From: Trichoplax sp. H2
Lineage: Eukaryota
Assembly (NCBI GenBank): GCA_003344405.1
Contig: NOWV01000001.1
Span: 868,001-932,000 of the forward strand
Direction of reading: 5' to 3'
DNA length: 64,000 bases
Part shown: positions 18,890 to 32,042 of the stretch, piece by piece
How positions within the stretch are numbered: the stretch's first letter is position 1
Layout of the letters: each line of letters starts with the position of its first letter
Position numbers and translations under genes: made by a program
The notes under the pieces: generated by a model
What the model was told of the DNA's origin: nothing
What the model saw: the letters and a program-made list of their open reading frames with translations, nothing else
Databases searched by the model: none

Positions 18890-19320
18890 ACAGTACAGTA
18901 GACCCAAATCCTTTTTGAATTTATTTTTCATATACCTCGCTGAAATTGCTTTGCCGATAGATTATCTCTTCTGCTAAAAAATTTTTAAAATATTGTCGTT
19001 TATAGTAGTGTACAGTACAGTATAATATGGTGTGAGCCAGTTCTCTTTAAAGTGCTATTAGGCAAAATAATTTGTAGTAAAGCCGCAAAAATTTGCCTAA
19101 ATTTTATATTGATAGTGATGATTTTTTGGGGTAACTTAACCTTAATTAACTACTGTACTGTACACTGTTCTGTACAGTGTACAGTACTGCAGCACACTTT
19201 TACTCGTGCTTCTACAGTACAGTACGCTACAGTGTACAGTACAGTACTGTACCGTACTTCGCAAACTTTGCAAGTTGCAACAATAACACTGTACTGTACA
19301 GTTATTATGTACAGTACGTG
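18890..19320. repeat. TACAG/CTGTA cluster upstream of TMEM14 (putative promoter)
   Basis: Many tactgtac/gtacagta words ending ~60 bp before the TMEM14 ATG. Confidence 0.85.
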
Positions 19321-19378
19321 TAGTATCAATAAAACGTAGAAAAAAATCAACTTTACAGATTCGATCGGAATCTTCAAT

Positions 19379-20479
19379 ATGGCGTCTCCGGATTATTTGA
19401 GCTATACCTACGGAATAATTGTATTGTTAGGAGGTATCAGTGGATATGTAAGAGCAGGTACATACATATATCTAGTGCGTTAGCTGTAAATATAGGCTTA
19501 AACGTAGCGAATAATCTGATAACTAACTACTACAGCACAATTAGCTTTTACACGTATGATTGAGATTGCCTCATTTTGATTTGATTACACTACTGTTAGT
19601 TGGACAGGACAGGACGCCCAGCATTAAGCGATAATACCTAATTTTCATAAATTCTTACCTAGTTATGTCATATACATATACTAATTACTATACCTTATGA
19701 TATTTTAGGTTCCGTTGCCTCTTTGATCTCCGGATTACTTTTCGGCGGCGTCGCTATTTATGGTGCAACAGTCACTAGTAAAAATCCAAGAAACTGCTCA
19801 GTATGCCTAGCAACTGCTTCAGTATTGCTCGCAGTCATGGCTTTTCGGTTTTATAGAACACAAAAACTCATGCCAGCAGGTCTTATAATGTTTCTAAGGT
19901 GAGATATTGCTTGATGACTGCTGATGATATTGGGTGTTACTGGCTCATGCGATGACAGATATACGCGTTCTCATTGCTACATGACATTGTCGTACTAGTA
20001 TGTTATATCGCCAGTATAAGCCTTTAGTCAATCGTTTATTATTCCTTTTTTAGCTGTACAGTATGTATTATTAATAGGGTTAGTATGCATCTGCTACGAT
20101 CACATTACCATTAGTTGCCAGCGTAGGTACACAATGGTGCATTTCACCTGGTATTTTGACCTTAAGATTATTAAGCCAGTGATGATGCAGTAATATAGTG
20201 TTGTGACGGTTGTCTAAGATCTGCAGTACAGTATATGTATTGCAAATTAATGCGCGATATTGAACTGCGAAGTACGCTGCTATTACGAACTGAACGATTG
20301 GGTACTTATACTGTACAAGTAGTTACAGTTCCCTAGGTACAGGAGATAAATTATTTCGAAGTAGGCTGGCTTTAAATTATTATCTAACCTTGAATGTTTC
20401 ATATGAACTTGCTAATGTATGATTTTTGTGTTGTAGCTTACTGCAAGTAACGAGATTACTGGTAGGCCTTAATGAATAG
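19379..20479 (+). CDS. TMEM14: Transmembrane protein 14 family, 3 exons (19379-19457, 19709-19898, 20437-20479)
   Basis: MASPDYLSYTYGIIVLLGGISGYVRAGSVASLISGLLFGGVAIYGA...MAFRFYRTQKLMPAGLIMFLSLLQVTRLLVGLNE* carries the family GG..GY...GS..SL..G and RF....K.MPAG motifs. Confidence 0.93.
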
Positions 20480-21464
20480 GCGTCACGTACGTTCTCATTT
20501 GAATGAAAACTTAAAAGCTTAAAATTAGATTATAATAGTAATTATAGGATAGTCTTCGTAATCAGTTACCTTTTAAAATTGTATACAAATGTTATATCAC
20601 TTGGTAATCTTACTTAAAGAGTCAAGACCATCGCTGTAATCGCCGAGGTTTTACGTTATAATTGATGTGATTGTAATTATAAATCAGTTGTAGAGGCAAA
20701 GCAAAATTATGCAACTTTATCAAATGCGTCTTGGCAAGTATTTTCAGTTTAAATAAAAGATTATGACTCATTTAATTTGTTTTATATTTTAAGAATTTAT
20801 TCGTAGGGTAATGCCCATTTACAGTGTTGGTACAATACGAGTATAAAGTCAAACTACGATGTATAACGTGAATTATCAATAATTTGAGTTTTGGAAATGT
20901 GAGTGTATACAAGGATGTGATATATCATGAAACTCATCTTGAAGATTCTAAACCGCCAATTACTACCATCTTAAGTAATTGTTTATTATACTATGGGTTA
21001 ATTGTATTATTAACCGTACATAACAGGGTCTTTGAAACCCTAGAAATGCTAACACTATTTTAATTCAAACCACTGCATGGAATAGCTATATTAGATAACT
21101 ATCAAGTAGGGATCTCTATTGGTGGAGGAATCGCTGCTATGCGGCTACATCTTCATTCATGTTAATCAAATTAAGTATTAAAAGAATGTACAATATTGAG
21201 GTAAAGTTCTAGATACTGCTGAGGAAGTAGCAAATAAACACACGAATATCAAAACATAAATAAATGACATAGGATTCATGGAATCGTTATTGCTTCCATC
21301 AACACGTATACCCGTATACGAACGCAAGTATACGTATATACGAGTATGTTTATATACATAGTATTCTTGTTTTCATCATGCTCGCATAACATTGCAATTA
21401 GTCGTTTACAAACACTACAAAAATTTAGTGCTGAAAACGATATTCAGATCATAAAGAAGCGATA

Positions 21465-24400
21465 TTAAGAGACCAACAAAGGGCCACTTCCCATCTTCCC
21501 TGGCCACGCTTCCTTAGCATATACTTTATGCTTTTTCGTTGATAAGGTTTCGGAAGCAGAAACTTCATTCATCGGCAAATTACCAGCTGGAATTGGTACT
21601 GAAGGTAATGCTACTTCATCAGGAATAACTGGACCAACATCTGGAGCTGGATTAAGTCGAATAGATGACGTTAATCCAGAGAAAATCGAATATGAACCAG
21701 TTCCTACTCCAGTCATCATATTTGAATCGTCCTGGTCATGTTTGTTAATCGGTAGATTAATATAGTGGTCAGCGCCAGCAATCCCTTCGAAAGTATTCCT
21801 TTCAGTTCGTTGTTTCTAAATTAGATAAAAAATTTACAATAAGGCTAGCTCAGGAATACCTTTAACAAATCTGTAATTAGTAAAAGAACTTATAATATTA
21901 GCTAGGAGATAGAAGAACCAATGATGAAAACATTTGCTACGGAAAAAAGACTAAAATATTTTAGTTCGATAGTGCTTACTTTCAAGGGCACTACTGTTGA
22001 TTGTACCATATTCCTAAATCTCCCAACGCTTGAATCGACATCCTCTGGAAAATTACAAACGATCATCAGTTATGCACTTTATCATAATCTATTATTTTAT
22101 TACATCTACGTCGCATTTGTAACTTAGATTGTATAATAAATCTGCATAAAGGTAACAAATAAGTGAGAATACTTAATTGACAGAAACATTATAGGAGTAC
22201 CTGTTAGCACCTTAATGGTATTGCACGTATAGTTAATTGTAAATATTATATTACGCATAGATGTACGCTATATATGAATACATACCGGGATTTATAATTT
22301 CCTCTTGGCCAAATTGTACCTTTAAGCGAGCTTTATGCTTGCGTTTACCGCTCATTAATATATCGTTAGACTTATCATTTTCAATAACCAAAGAAGAGAT
22401 TCTTTTGTTATGTGCTGTATTATATTCTGTTAGATCCTGAAGGAGCGATTGATAAGCTATTTTACGATTGCAATCTCGTAGACGCATATAGTTTTTATCG
22501 TACATCATATACAGATATACTGGTATCTATTCTTATTTCTATTTATGGTTCATGCGTGCTGTACACGTATATTTTTTTATTAAACACAGGTTTACAGTCT
22601 GTGCAGCACCTATGATGCACTTACATCTAATTCGTTATCATTTTCAGGCAAGGAGAGTAGACTTTTGACAGCGTTATCTTCACTATTGTCGCCACCAACA
22701 GGTATCACTCTTGTCGGAGGCTTTTCTCTTATTACATAACATCGAGTAGAAGCACCAAACAGTATAGTGCTATCTACCGGTAACTGTTGCGGTTTATTTG
22801 CTTCTAACCTTACTGATCCAAGGAATGTCCCGTGCGCTGAAAGTGTAATTATCAGCATTAAATATGTGCATAGGCTTCAATTTACCGTACAACGGATCAT
22901 AAAATAGATGACCAAGTGCCATTCGTGCGAATTCAAGATGTTAAATGCCATGATTTTTACATATTAGAAAAATATTTGCTATAGTGAACACTAATTCGCT
23001 GAGCGTTGAGAAACCGAGTTCGGTACTTTAGCTCTATACTTGAATAACGTTATAAAAGTAATATTAGAAAATTAACACTTACTACTGCCAAGATCCATGA
23101 TGAAAAATCGTTTTAACTGTTTATGGAACACTATTGCACTGTGAACACGAGAGCACGATTCATGGTTAAGAGGAAAATCGCAATTTTCGGAATTACGCCC
23201 AAAGAGGTAATAACTTTTTTCGTCAATTATTAATTTCTAAAATTAAGATAAAAACAAGGGATGAGTAAATAGCAGTATAGTATACTGTTCGTGGTAAAAT
23301 ATTACAAAAATGTAGTCAATACTCGATTTAACAGTCAATTGTCAGGTCTTACACGGAATACTGGTAAGGTAAAGAATGCTTTGATATTATGCGAACAGTA
23401 CAGTGAATGTAGTTACGTTTTTTTATAAATAGAATAAAAATAAAAATAAAAATAAAAGAAAATAATATGTACTGTATATACATAAGTATAATAAATAAAT
23501 CCTTGTACAGTAGGGTACAATGTTTTCAAGATCGGTCGTATGCATTTTAAGTAAGTTGTTAGTGGTAGGCTACTAGGGTGTATATATATTTTGAGGTCAG
23601 TAGTAACTAGCAAGCATTCCTATTAGGAATTTAAATTAGAGTAAACAGATCTGAGAATTTCATTGTCAACATGTACTCGTATGCCTAGACAACTTCTCTA
23701 GTACATATAAGGTCATAGTTTAGAATGTTGTGCAGATCCGGAAACAGCCGTATATCGTATTACAAACTAGAGCAATATAAGGTAAGAGCACGCTGCTTAA
23801 TTATATAATTATTGTACTCGTATGAACGTATACAACATTTAAAGAAATTTACGAACTTGTCCTGGGATATGGTCATTAACACTCTTTATCCAGCAGACAA
23901 GGTTAGAACGTAGAGTTCCACCAATTATAGTACAGTAACTGTACAAGCTAACGTATACAGGTAAGGTATAGTGCACTATACTTATTATATAAATATCATT
24001 ATTACCGATGTTTACCAAATAACTACCAATAGGGTTGAATTACACTAGAATAAAATTCAATTTAAGATTAGAAAAAGTCTTCAAATCGAAGTTATGTAAC
24101 TGATTGTTAACAAGCGTAACAACGTAGTTATGGTAAGTATGAAGTAGAGATGTTCAAATTTTTGCATAAAAAGTACGATAAATTGAGCAATCCTATATTG
24201 TTAAATTTTTTTTTGTATGAAACGTGTATTCAATTAAAGTAGTGATTGTCATACTTCAAATTAGCGCAATCGATTCTCAAGTTAGTGTTGATGTATAATA
24301 TTGGTAGGACTATATTCGTATGATAGTCGAATTACTGCAGAATAATCGTGTATTGACTTCGGATTCCGAAGTGAACAAGAAGGAAGTTGTAAAACACTGG

Positions 24401-25962
24401 TATTAAGTCTGTTGTGCAGAGTGTACAATAAGCATAAGCGTACATTGGATTATATCTATATAATTATTGAATCTTAAAGACAGATGATGCATGTGCGCTT
24501 TTGTAGACAGCATGCTATGAAGTGAATGTTATTACAGTCTGCTGTATTACGCCCGCTCATAAAAGTGGTCACTTTCATTAGTTAGCGAGGCAGTGGATTT
24601 CTTGATTTATTTACTTCAGATATAGCTGTGACTTCCTCATGGTGTGTGTATTTATGTACATTAACATGAATTATACGTATTTCAGACCTTGCTATAAGCC
24701 TGTGACTATCAAATAGTTAGCAATGCAATAATCATATAATGAACTATTGCTGTAGTTCATTTTAAAAATTTTTTTGTCAGCAAATCCTTTGCTTTTATGT
24801 TTTAGGTATAAGAATATTAAGGTTAAGACGTATTGTGGTAATTGATAGGGTATCTTTCTCTTAATCTTTTACTTTAGCATGGATATACTGATTCAATTTT
24901 AGTGATGCTGCTTTTTAATGAAGGGAATTTTAATTCAAAGACATGGTTACAGGAAGACAATGACATCCTGAAATCGAATTAAGGCATAACTGCTACATTT
25001 TGTAACCTTTTGCAGTAAATGCGTTTACTTTAGTACACTATGATACTGTATTGTTAGGGATTACTGTAGAAGTTACAGCGTCGATAACTTGAGACGACTA
25101 CCATCCATTGATGGCAAGTTGATAGCAAGTTGATGAACTGTACTGTACAGTAGATGATTTTAATTTGATGTATCTTATAACGTCATTGACAAGATATACC
25201 GGGTATGTAAGGGCTTCAATACTTTAAAATGATTCCTCTACATTTCAATAAAAAGTATTTCACTGTGTACATCAACTAACTAAATAAGAACATAAAGTTC
25301 ATATTGATTGCAACATGTCTTCCGCTGACTACGCATAGGCTATAATACTTGCTACAAAATATCTTATTGGACTAATTTCATTCCATAATCCTTTTATGAA
25401 AGTTCAAGCATGTCCGTTCTCTTCAAATTGATAATCCATAGTCTATTTTCCTACAGCTGATACAGAAGAGTATTGGTGTACTATTATTTATGTAAAATAT
25501 AATGGCAGATATCGCCTGGATTTATTATATAATCATGGTCAAGACAAGATTTGGACCAAAAGCGCATCCAATTTACTCCAGTGGCCTGGCAAACCAATGA
25601 AATGTATTGTGTCATGTGTAAGCTTGTCAGTGGCCAGTGGCCACTCGGTGGTCAAGTAACAGTAAAAGAGAGCAAAGACATGTATAGGTACTGTATGTAA
25701 CCATACTGTCAATTGAAGTATATGACATACTACATGGTAAACAATTGGTCAATGCATACCTCAACCAAAGTACCATTTTTCATTACATCTAAATGGAAAC
25801 CAGCAGTCGGTTTACCAGCCCTAAATAGGATAGATCAGCCATGAATTACTACTGAACTGGCTATATAGCATTACTGTAAACGATGCCTATATTAATCAAG
25901 TCAATGTTTGAGAAAATTGTAAGCTAACTAACTAACCACTTCGGTGGCTCAAATTTTGCCAT
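21465..25962 (-). CDS. PPP1R8: Nuclear inhibitor of PP1 (NIPP1), FHA domain, multi-exon
   Basis: MAKFEPPKWAGKP..FHLDVMKNG; FHA motifs YLFGRN, HESCSRVHSA, DLGSTHGTF; LTEYNTAHNKRI; RVxF-type KVQF..EEIINPEDVDSSVGRFRNMVQ; C-terminal YAKEAWPGK. Confidence 0.95.
23650..25140 (+). pseudogene. Possible decayed antisense gene fragments inside the 2.5-kb PPP1R8 intron 2
   Basis: Stop-interrupted protein-like reads (DYIRMIVELLQNNRVLTSDSEVNKKEVVKHWY; LSWDMVINTLYPADK|gt; MLLFNEGNFNSKTWLQEDNDILKSN), some with splice-like borders. The intron is far longer than its neighbours. Confidence 0.25.
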
Positions 25963-26070
25963 GTTTATGCAAGAGCCTACGGGCTCGACAACATCAAGCT
26001 GATTAGTCCCCAGTCCAATAATGAATACTGGTAGGCGTTGCGCACGTTTTTAGCCAGGGTTGTGTTACTT

Positions 26071-26750
26071 GTGTACTGTAGTCAGTGTACAGTACAGTAC
26101 AAGTCGAGTCAGCGTTAGGGACTCACAGTACAATATACTGTACAAAACGAGTGCATAGTACGGCACAGTACTGTACAGTAGTACTGTAGTCTCCATCGAG
26201 CAATAGTCAGTGGCTCAGTGCACAAGTCGGAGTTAGCGTTATGCAAGGAGCCAGGGACTCACAGTACAATATACTGTACTGTACAAAACGAGTGCATAGT
26301 ACTGTACTGTACTGTACTGTACAGTACAGTAGTAGTCTCCATCGAGCAATAGTCAGTGGCTCAGTGCACAAGTCGGAGTCAGCGTTAAATACAGTATGCA
26401 AGGAGTCAGGGACTCACAGTACAACATACTGTACAAAATGAGTGCATAGTACTGTACTGTACAGTAGTAGTCTCCATCGAGCAATAGTCAGTGCACATGT
26501 CGAGTCAGCGTTATGGCAAGGAGTCAGGGACTCACAGTACAACATACTGTACAAATTGAGTGCATTGTACTGTACTGTACTGTACTGTACACTGTACAGT
26601 AGTAGTCTCCATCGAGCAATACTGTAGTCAGTGCACAAGTCGAGTCAGTGTTATTATGGCAAGGAGCCAGGGACTCACAGTACAACATACTGTACAAAAT
26701 GAGTGCATAGTACTGTACTGGACAGTACAGTAGTCTCCATCGAGCAATAC
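26071..26750. repeat. Tandem array, ~5 units of ~130-145 bp, TACAG-rich
   Basis: The marker ctccatcgagcaata recurs at ~26191, 26337, 26472, 26607 and 26736; agggactcacagtacaa recurs once per unit. Confidence 0.93.
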
Positions 26751-27065
26751 CGTAGAGTACAGTAGTGTTACTGGACTGCAACATTCGCTACTTAAGTACT
26801 GGGTCGTACAATACAATACCGTACACGGTACACTGTACTGTACAGGGTGGACGGGCTAATTTCTATGATTTTGGTGCAAACGGATGTCACAAGTACAGTA
26901 CAGTAAGTACGGTACGCTCGATGTCATACAAATACTCTCTCTCTTGGTAAGAACACGATCGACATAAAAGAACGTTCTCTTGTGTTCGAACGCGCTCTTA
27001 AACAGTGCATACAGTAAATGCAATGCACTGCACTGTACACTGTACACTGTACTGTACGGTACATG
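26751..27065. repeat. TACAG/CTGTA cluster upstream of DDX24
   Basis: cactgtacactgtacactgtactgtac and related words, followed by CATGCGC. Confidence 0.75.
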
Positions 27066-27190
27066 CGCTATTGGCTTCGGGAGTACAGACGGATAGATTC
27101 AGCTCCACACCAGATTTTTACTTTGGCTCCTTCTCTTCTGTAGTCACTTGAGCCACGCACGCGAACGAGGTAAAAGCATGCTGCCGGTGA

Positions 27191-27280
27191 GTAATGCTGA
27201 ACGAGTGGAATGTTGCTAATTGACTGATGAAATTGGTAATGCTGAACGAGTGGAATGTTGCTAATTGACTGATGAAATTG
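27191..27280. repeat. Perfect 45-bp tandem duplication
   Basis: gtaatgctgaacgagtggaatgttgctaattgactgatgaaattg occurs twice, just after a gtgagt donor (probable DDX24 5'UTR intron). Confidence 0.95.
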
Positions 27281-27419
27281 AATGGTTGAGACCTGAAAAC
27301 TTCATCCACAATTTCAAATATATTATGATTGAATTAAAATGAACTTATTTGCAAAGTAGAATACTCACTTACGGTATCTATCTTATATAACAGGTAGGTA
27401 TCGGCAACATCATTGCAGC

Positions 27420-30400
27420 ATGACGTTCAATATTAAAGGTAAATGGCAGTCTATAGCCATCGATTGCGAAGAAGGTATTGAGCTAGATCAGCTGCAAGGA
27501 TTAGTCTCTTTTGAAGAATTAACCGATTATACTATAACAGATGGTACAGGAAAGGTAATCAATAATAATCATGCTGCTAATACTATCGATGACTAGCTAT
27601 GTAGTTCCAATGAATCCCAACACTTGCTGCGTAAAAGGAGTAATATTATACAAGAAAATACACGTAAAGTAGCTGACGTTGTTCGTTAATGGACTCTAGT
27701 TCTAATGCCATACGTAGTATGCATTTCATCTCAACGATGTGCATGTAATTGTATACAGTACAATATCATCGATCTGCTTTTAAGTTATTGATCTCTTAAT
27801 AAACAGGTCAGCGAAGTGACCAATCGTTCCAAAAATAAATCTGTAAAAAAGGCCCCAAAAAAGGACGCCAATAAAGTTGAAGAAGAAAGTACTGTTGAAA
27901 ATCCACACGATGATGGAAAAGGTAAACTTATTTTCATTCTATACAGTAGAAGCATCTTTACTATAGACACTGGATACTCTTTTTCTCTCTTTGAGTGACT
28001 TTGTCAAGTTTGTCTATACTGACAGCGATTTTGCTTGTAAGTGAATTCTTCAAAGCAAACATCGGGTCATATACTACTGGACGCGTATACTGTACAGTAC
28101 AGTACTAATGCCTATATGTGTAAATGTAGTTGAAAGAACTGTGAAGAGAATCATACTGTAGTTATTTTCTCCTTTATGACCAGCTATATGGCTAATACAG
28201 TACTGTACTACCATGGTAATACGTGTTAAACTTGTATATATATATAGATAACATGAACATGAAAGCATGGGACTCGTTGCAAGTTCCAGAACCTGTCCTC
28301 AAAGCTTTATCCGATATGAATTTTTTAACACCAACTCCCATTCAGTCGCTATCTTTGGTAGCAGCTATCCGTGATAGGAAAGATATCATCGGAGCTGCCG
28401 AAACGGTTTGTTAAATGATATATATACAAGTATTTAGTAAACGTACCACCTATGGTACGTGAATGTAGCTGCAATTAAGATCCAGGTTATACCTATCTAT
28501 CAATAAATTTTTCTATATTTTTGATTATAATGGACAATCGAACTTTACTGATAAGTGTTGGTGATGTATGATTGAAAAAACTTCCTTTACATACAGGGCT
28601 CAGGAAAAACGTTAGCTTATGGGATTCCAATCATTCAACGAATTTTACAACTCAAGGCAGGTAAATTTGGAGACACGTACTTTGCTAGTGCAGCTTTGAA
28701 TTTCTTCGTCGGTAGCTACTAAATTAAGTAATTGATGACGACTTTTAATATTCAAAAATAAATATCAACTCTAGATGGTAAGAAATCGTCAAAAAGAAAG
28801 TGGGACAAAGCAAACGACAAGACAGAAGTGATCAAAGAAACCCCAAGCAAAAAAAGAAAGCATGAAAAAGGAGCAAAACCTACCAGCTCTACAAGTGACC
28901 AAAAATCGTCAAATAAAACTACAGTTGATAATATGGATAATTCGGAAGTTGCGGAAAGCCCTGTATACGCTTTAGTTTTAACGCCCACTAGAGAACTTGC
29001 ACTACAAGTTAGAGACCATTTAAGAAGTGCTGCCAAGTATACCGACCTAAAAGTTAGTCTAAAATACCTACTTGCATTTCAAGAGTGCAAATAAAACCAA
29101 TTATCAGACGTATCTTAATAGCCACGAAAACTTTTCTGCAGATTGAAGCTATTGTCGGTGGAATATCTCAACACAAGCAACAACGACTATTAAACTATCA
29201 GCCTGAAATTATTATTGCGACACCTGGGCGCATGTGGCAGCTATTAAGCGAGGTTTTTTTCTTTTATAAATTCAATTTTTTGAAATAGTAAATTTTCTAC
29301 GGTATATATTTTTTAACCTTTGTGATGTACTTTTTATAGTCTCAATCTTATGTTATGGCATTTAGGGGGAAAGCCATCTACAAACCATAAATAAGCTACC
29401 GTTACTAGTGCTAGATGAAGTTGACAGGATGATAGAATATGGACATTATGCCGAACTATCAGATATACTGGAGAGATTACCGGAACGTCCATTAAGACAA
29501 ACTTTGGTTTATTCAGCTACATTGACCATAAATAAGAATAAAAAAGTAGAAATGAAAAAAAGTGTTAAGAAGAAGTTATCTAATGAAAAAACATTTGGTA
29601 AGTCTAAAATATTTTAGGGATATGTCTGTTTTAATTTTAATTTTTTATGGATAGTCTATAATCATACAGCCACAACAAGTCAGCATTATTTCTCCAGATG
29701 GTATAGTGATAATGCGTTACAGTTGTGGAAAAATAATTTGTGAAATTTTATTCGCGAATTCGATCCTGTTTTAGTTTTGAATTTGCTTTATAAATTTCAC
29801 ACTGCGTTTCCTGAGAGTTGGCTCGAAATGATCGTATTTGAGACCATAGCATAGAAACGCATATCTTGCCTGCTAAAACTTGTAGTGTTAACAAATCGTT
29901 GGTAAAGATATCTAAAATTATGAAAATTTTGGATTGGTATTTATATCATGTGGTAGATTATTAATTCAGTTGATACTTCACGTTTTTACACAGATGCTCT
30001 AATAGAAAAACTTAAACTTGATAAAAAAGTGAAAGTCATTAACCTAATAGAAAAAGATATAACTGTAGAAACTCTTGTAGAAGCACGAATCAATTGCATG
30101 GTTGATGACAAGGTATGATTTTACTGTTACTTTTAAATTTTTACGTATCGTAGCTAGTCTTGAATGAAGAACCTGATAAATAGCCATGTTAAAATTTTTA
30201 TTTCAGTTGAGCTGCTTGTACCTTTTTTGTTTACTTTTTCCTGGTAAAACGTTGGTATTTGCAAATTCGGTATCTTGTATTAAAAAAGTTGTCGATATCT
30301 TCCGCTTATTGGAGCAACCGGCTTATCCACTCCATGCTAAGATGCAACAACGACAGCGTCTCAAAAATTTGGACAGGTTTTATTCAACTACTGTGATTTA

Positions 30401-32042
30401 TATTAACATGCATACATGCGATCATCATTTGATATAAAATTTATGTATATTATAGGTTCAAATCGTCTCCTAGTGGGATTTTATTTTGTACCGATGTCGC
30501 AGCTCGTGGAATTGACATCAAAGATATTAAATATGTTATTCATTTCGAGTTGCCTAAAGCAGCTGAGGTAAGCTATGTGAGATACAGCATAGCTCTATAT
30601 CAGTTATTGCTTCACTAAAAGAATACTTTATGGACAGCTATATGTTCATCGCTGTGGTCGAACGGCTCGCGCTGCTAGCGAAGGTATGAGCATTGCGCTC
30701 CTTAGTCCGAGAGATATACAGTCTTATAGAAATATTACAAAGGTGCTTAATCGAGGTAATTATAAATGGAGACTATAGTCAGGAAGGTTCATCTTGCTTT
30801 GAAGTAAATTTCTACGTTTTTATTTATATCTAATGTAAATATAGATATACCCGAATTTCCTTTGGATCGGTCATTTGAAAGAGATGTTAAGCGCCGGATG
30901 GTCCTCGCCGAACGTATAGTTAGCTTGGAAAAAACGTATGTGTACAATACAGCAATTATTGCATGTGGTATACGAAATACGCGTATGCGCAATTATAAAG
31001 TTATCAACTTATTGATGGTACGTAAATATTTTTCTTAGTTCATCAAGGGAAAAGTCTCGTAAAGCTTGGCTTAAAACAGCGGCCGAGGCCTTAGATGTTA
31101 CGTTAAATGACGAAATGTATCCTAACTAAAATTTGCAGTTGATCTGGTACCTTACCTAACTTAGCAACAGTAACTGAATAGTAAGCAGGATGTATGATCG
31201 ATTGACCGTATACAGTAGTACCTTATAAATTTCTTGCATTTACTTCGTATTGTCTACATGCAATATATTTTCTTGTTGTAAACGTCTTTAACGAATTTCT
31301 AGCGACTTGTCTGTCAATGCAAGATCCGAAAATGAAAATTCAATCAAACTAGCAAGAAGTAAATATTGAATAACTTTTTCAAAATATAACGAATCTATGT
31401 TGCTAACGTAGCATCGTATAATACTCTCCCAACTCCCATTTTTCAGTTTATTGTAACAAACCATATAGGATTAATACTGTAATAGGCATCTCAAAATTAA
31501 ATTAAACGTAAAAGCTGTACTAATGCAGGATGTATATTATCGTATGACAGAGATGCTCACAACGCAGTTGAAATTACCGTTAACAACCCGCAACTTTTCT
31601 GGAAATTTTCCCGCCACAAACGAAATTCTTTCGACTCCTCGTTCCGGTACGTGTAACTTACATAGTTTATGTATAGCTTCAATACATGAAGATTTTCGTT
31701 ATCATGGATACGAGTTTTTTTGTACAGAATCATTTTATAATATTATATATACTGTATATCATCAATAACTCTGAGTGCTTAACAGTGATGATTTTCTCGT
31801 GTTTACAATCCTCAGATGATCCTATTACGCCAAATAAAGATGATAGTATTGCGGGAATAGAGGCTTTAAAAAAGAAGAATAAGCGAAAAACTGCCGCAAG
31901 AAGAGATGATAGTATTGTGGGAATAGAGGCTTTAAAAAAGAAAAATAAGCGAAAAACTGTCACAAGAAGAGATGATAGTATTGCGGGAATAAGAGCTTTA
32001 AAAAAGAAAAAAAAGCAAAAAACTGCCTTCAAGAAGAAATAA
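27420..32042 (+). CDS. DDX24: DEAD-box RNA helicase DDX24 (Mak5), multi-exon
   Basis: N-terminal GLVSFEELTDY; Q motif PTPIQ; DIIGAAETGSGKTLAYGIP; PTRELA; ATPGR; LDEVDRMIEYGH (DEVD); YSAT; LHAKMQQRQRLKNLDRF; TDVAARGIDI; YVHRCGRTARA. Confidence 0.95.
29686..29866 (+). ncRNA. Candidate intronic H/ACA-type snoRNA(s)
   Basis: Three consecutive hairpins in a DDX24 intron, followed respectively by AAAUAA (ANANNA, 29731), ACA (29799) and AUA (29861). G-U pairs favour the + (host) strand. The third pocket UGAGA/AGCAUA is complementary to 18S UAUGCU-UG-UCUCA. Confidence 0.45.
31839..32036 (+). repeat. 3 x 66-bp in-frame repeat in the DDX24 last exon
   Basis: DDSI(A/V)GI(E/R)ALKKK(N/K)K(R/Q)KT.. units start at 31839, 31905 and 31971. 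Confidence 0.95.

Noticed and set aside
20085-20200. H/ACA or C/D snoRNA in TMEM14 intron 2
   Set aside because: One decent hairpin plus ACACAA and GTGATGA words, but the 5' hairpin is poor and no target is identifiable.
27224-27297. C/D snoRNA from TGATGA and CTGA words
   Set aside because: The boxes arise from the 45-bp duplication; no terminal stem or recognisable rRNA antisense element.
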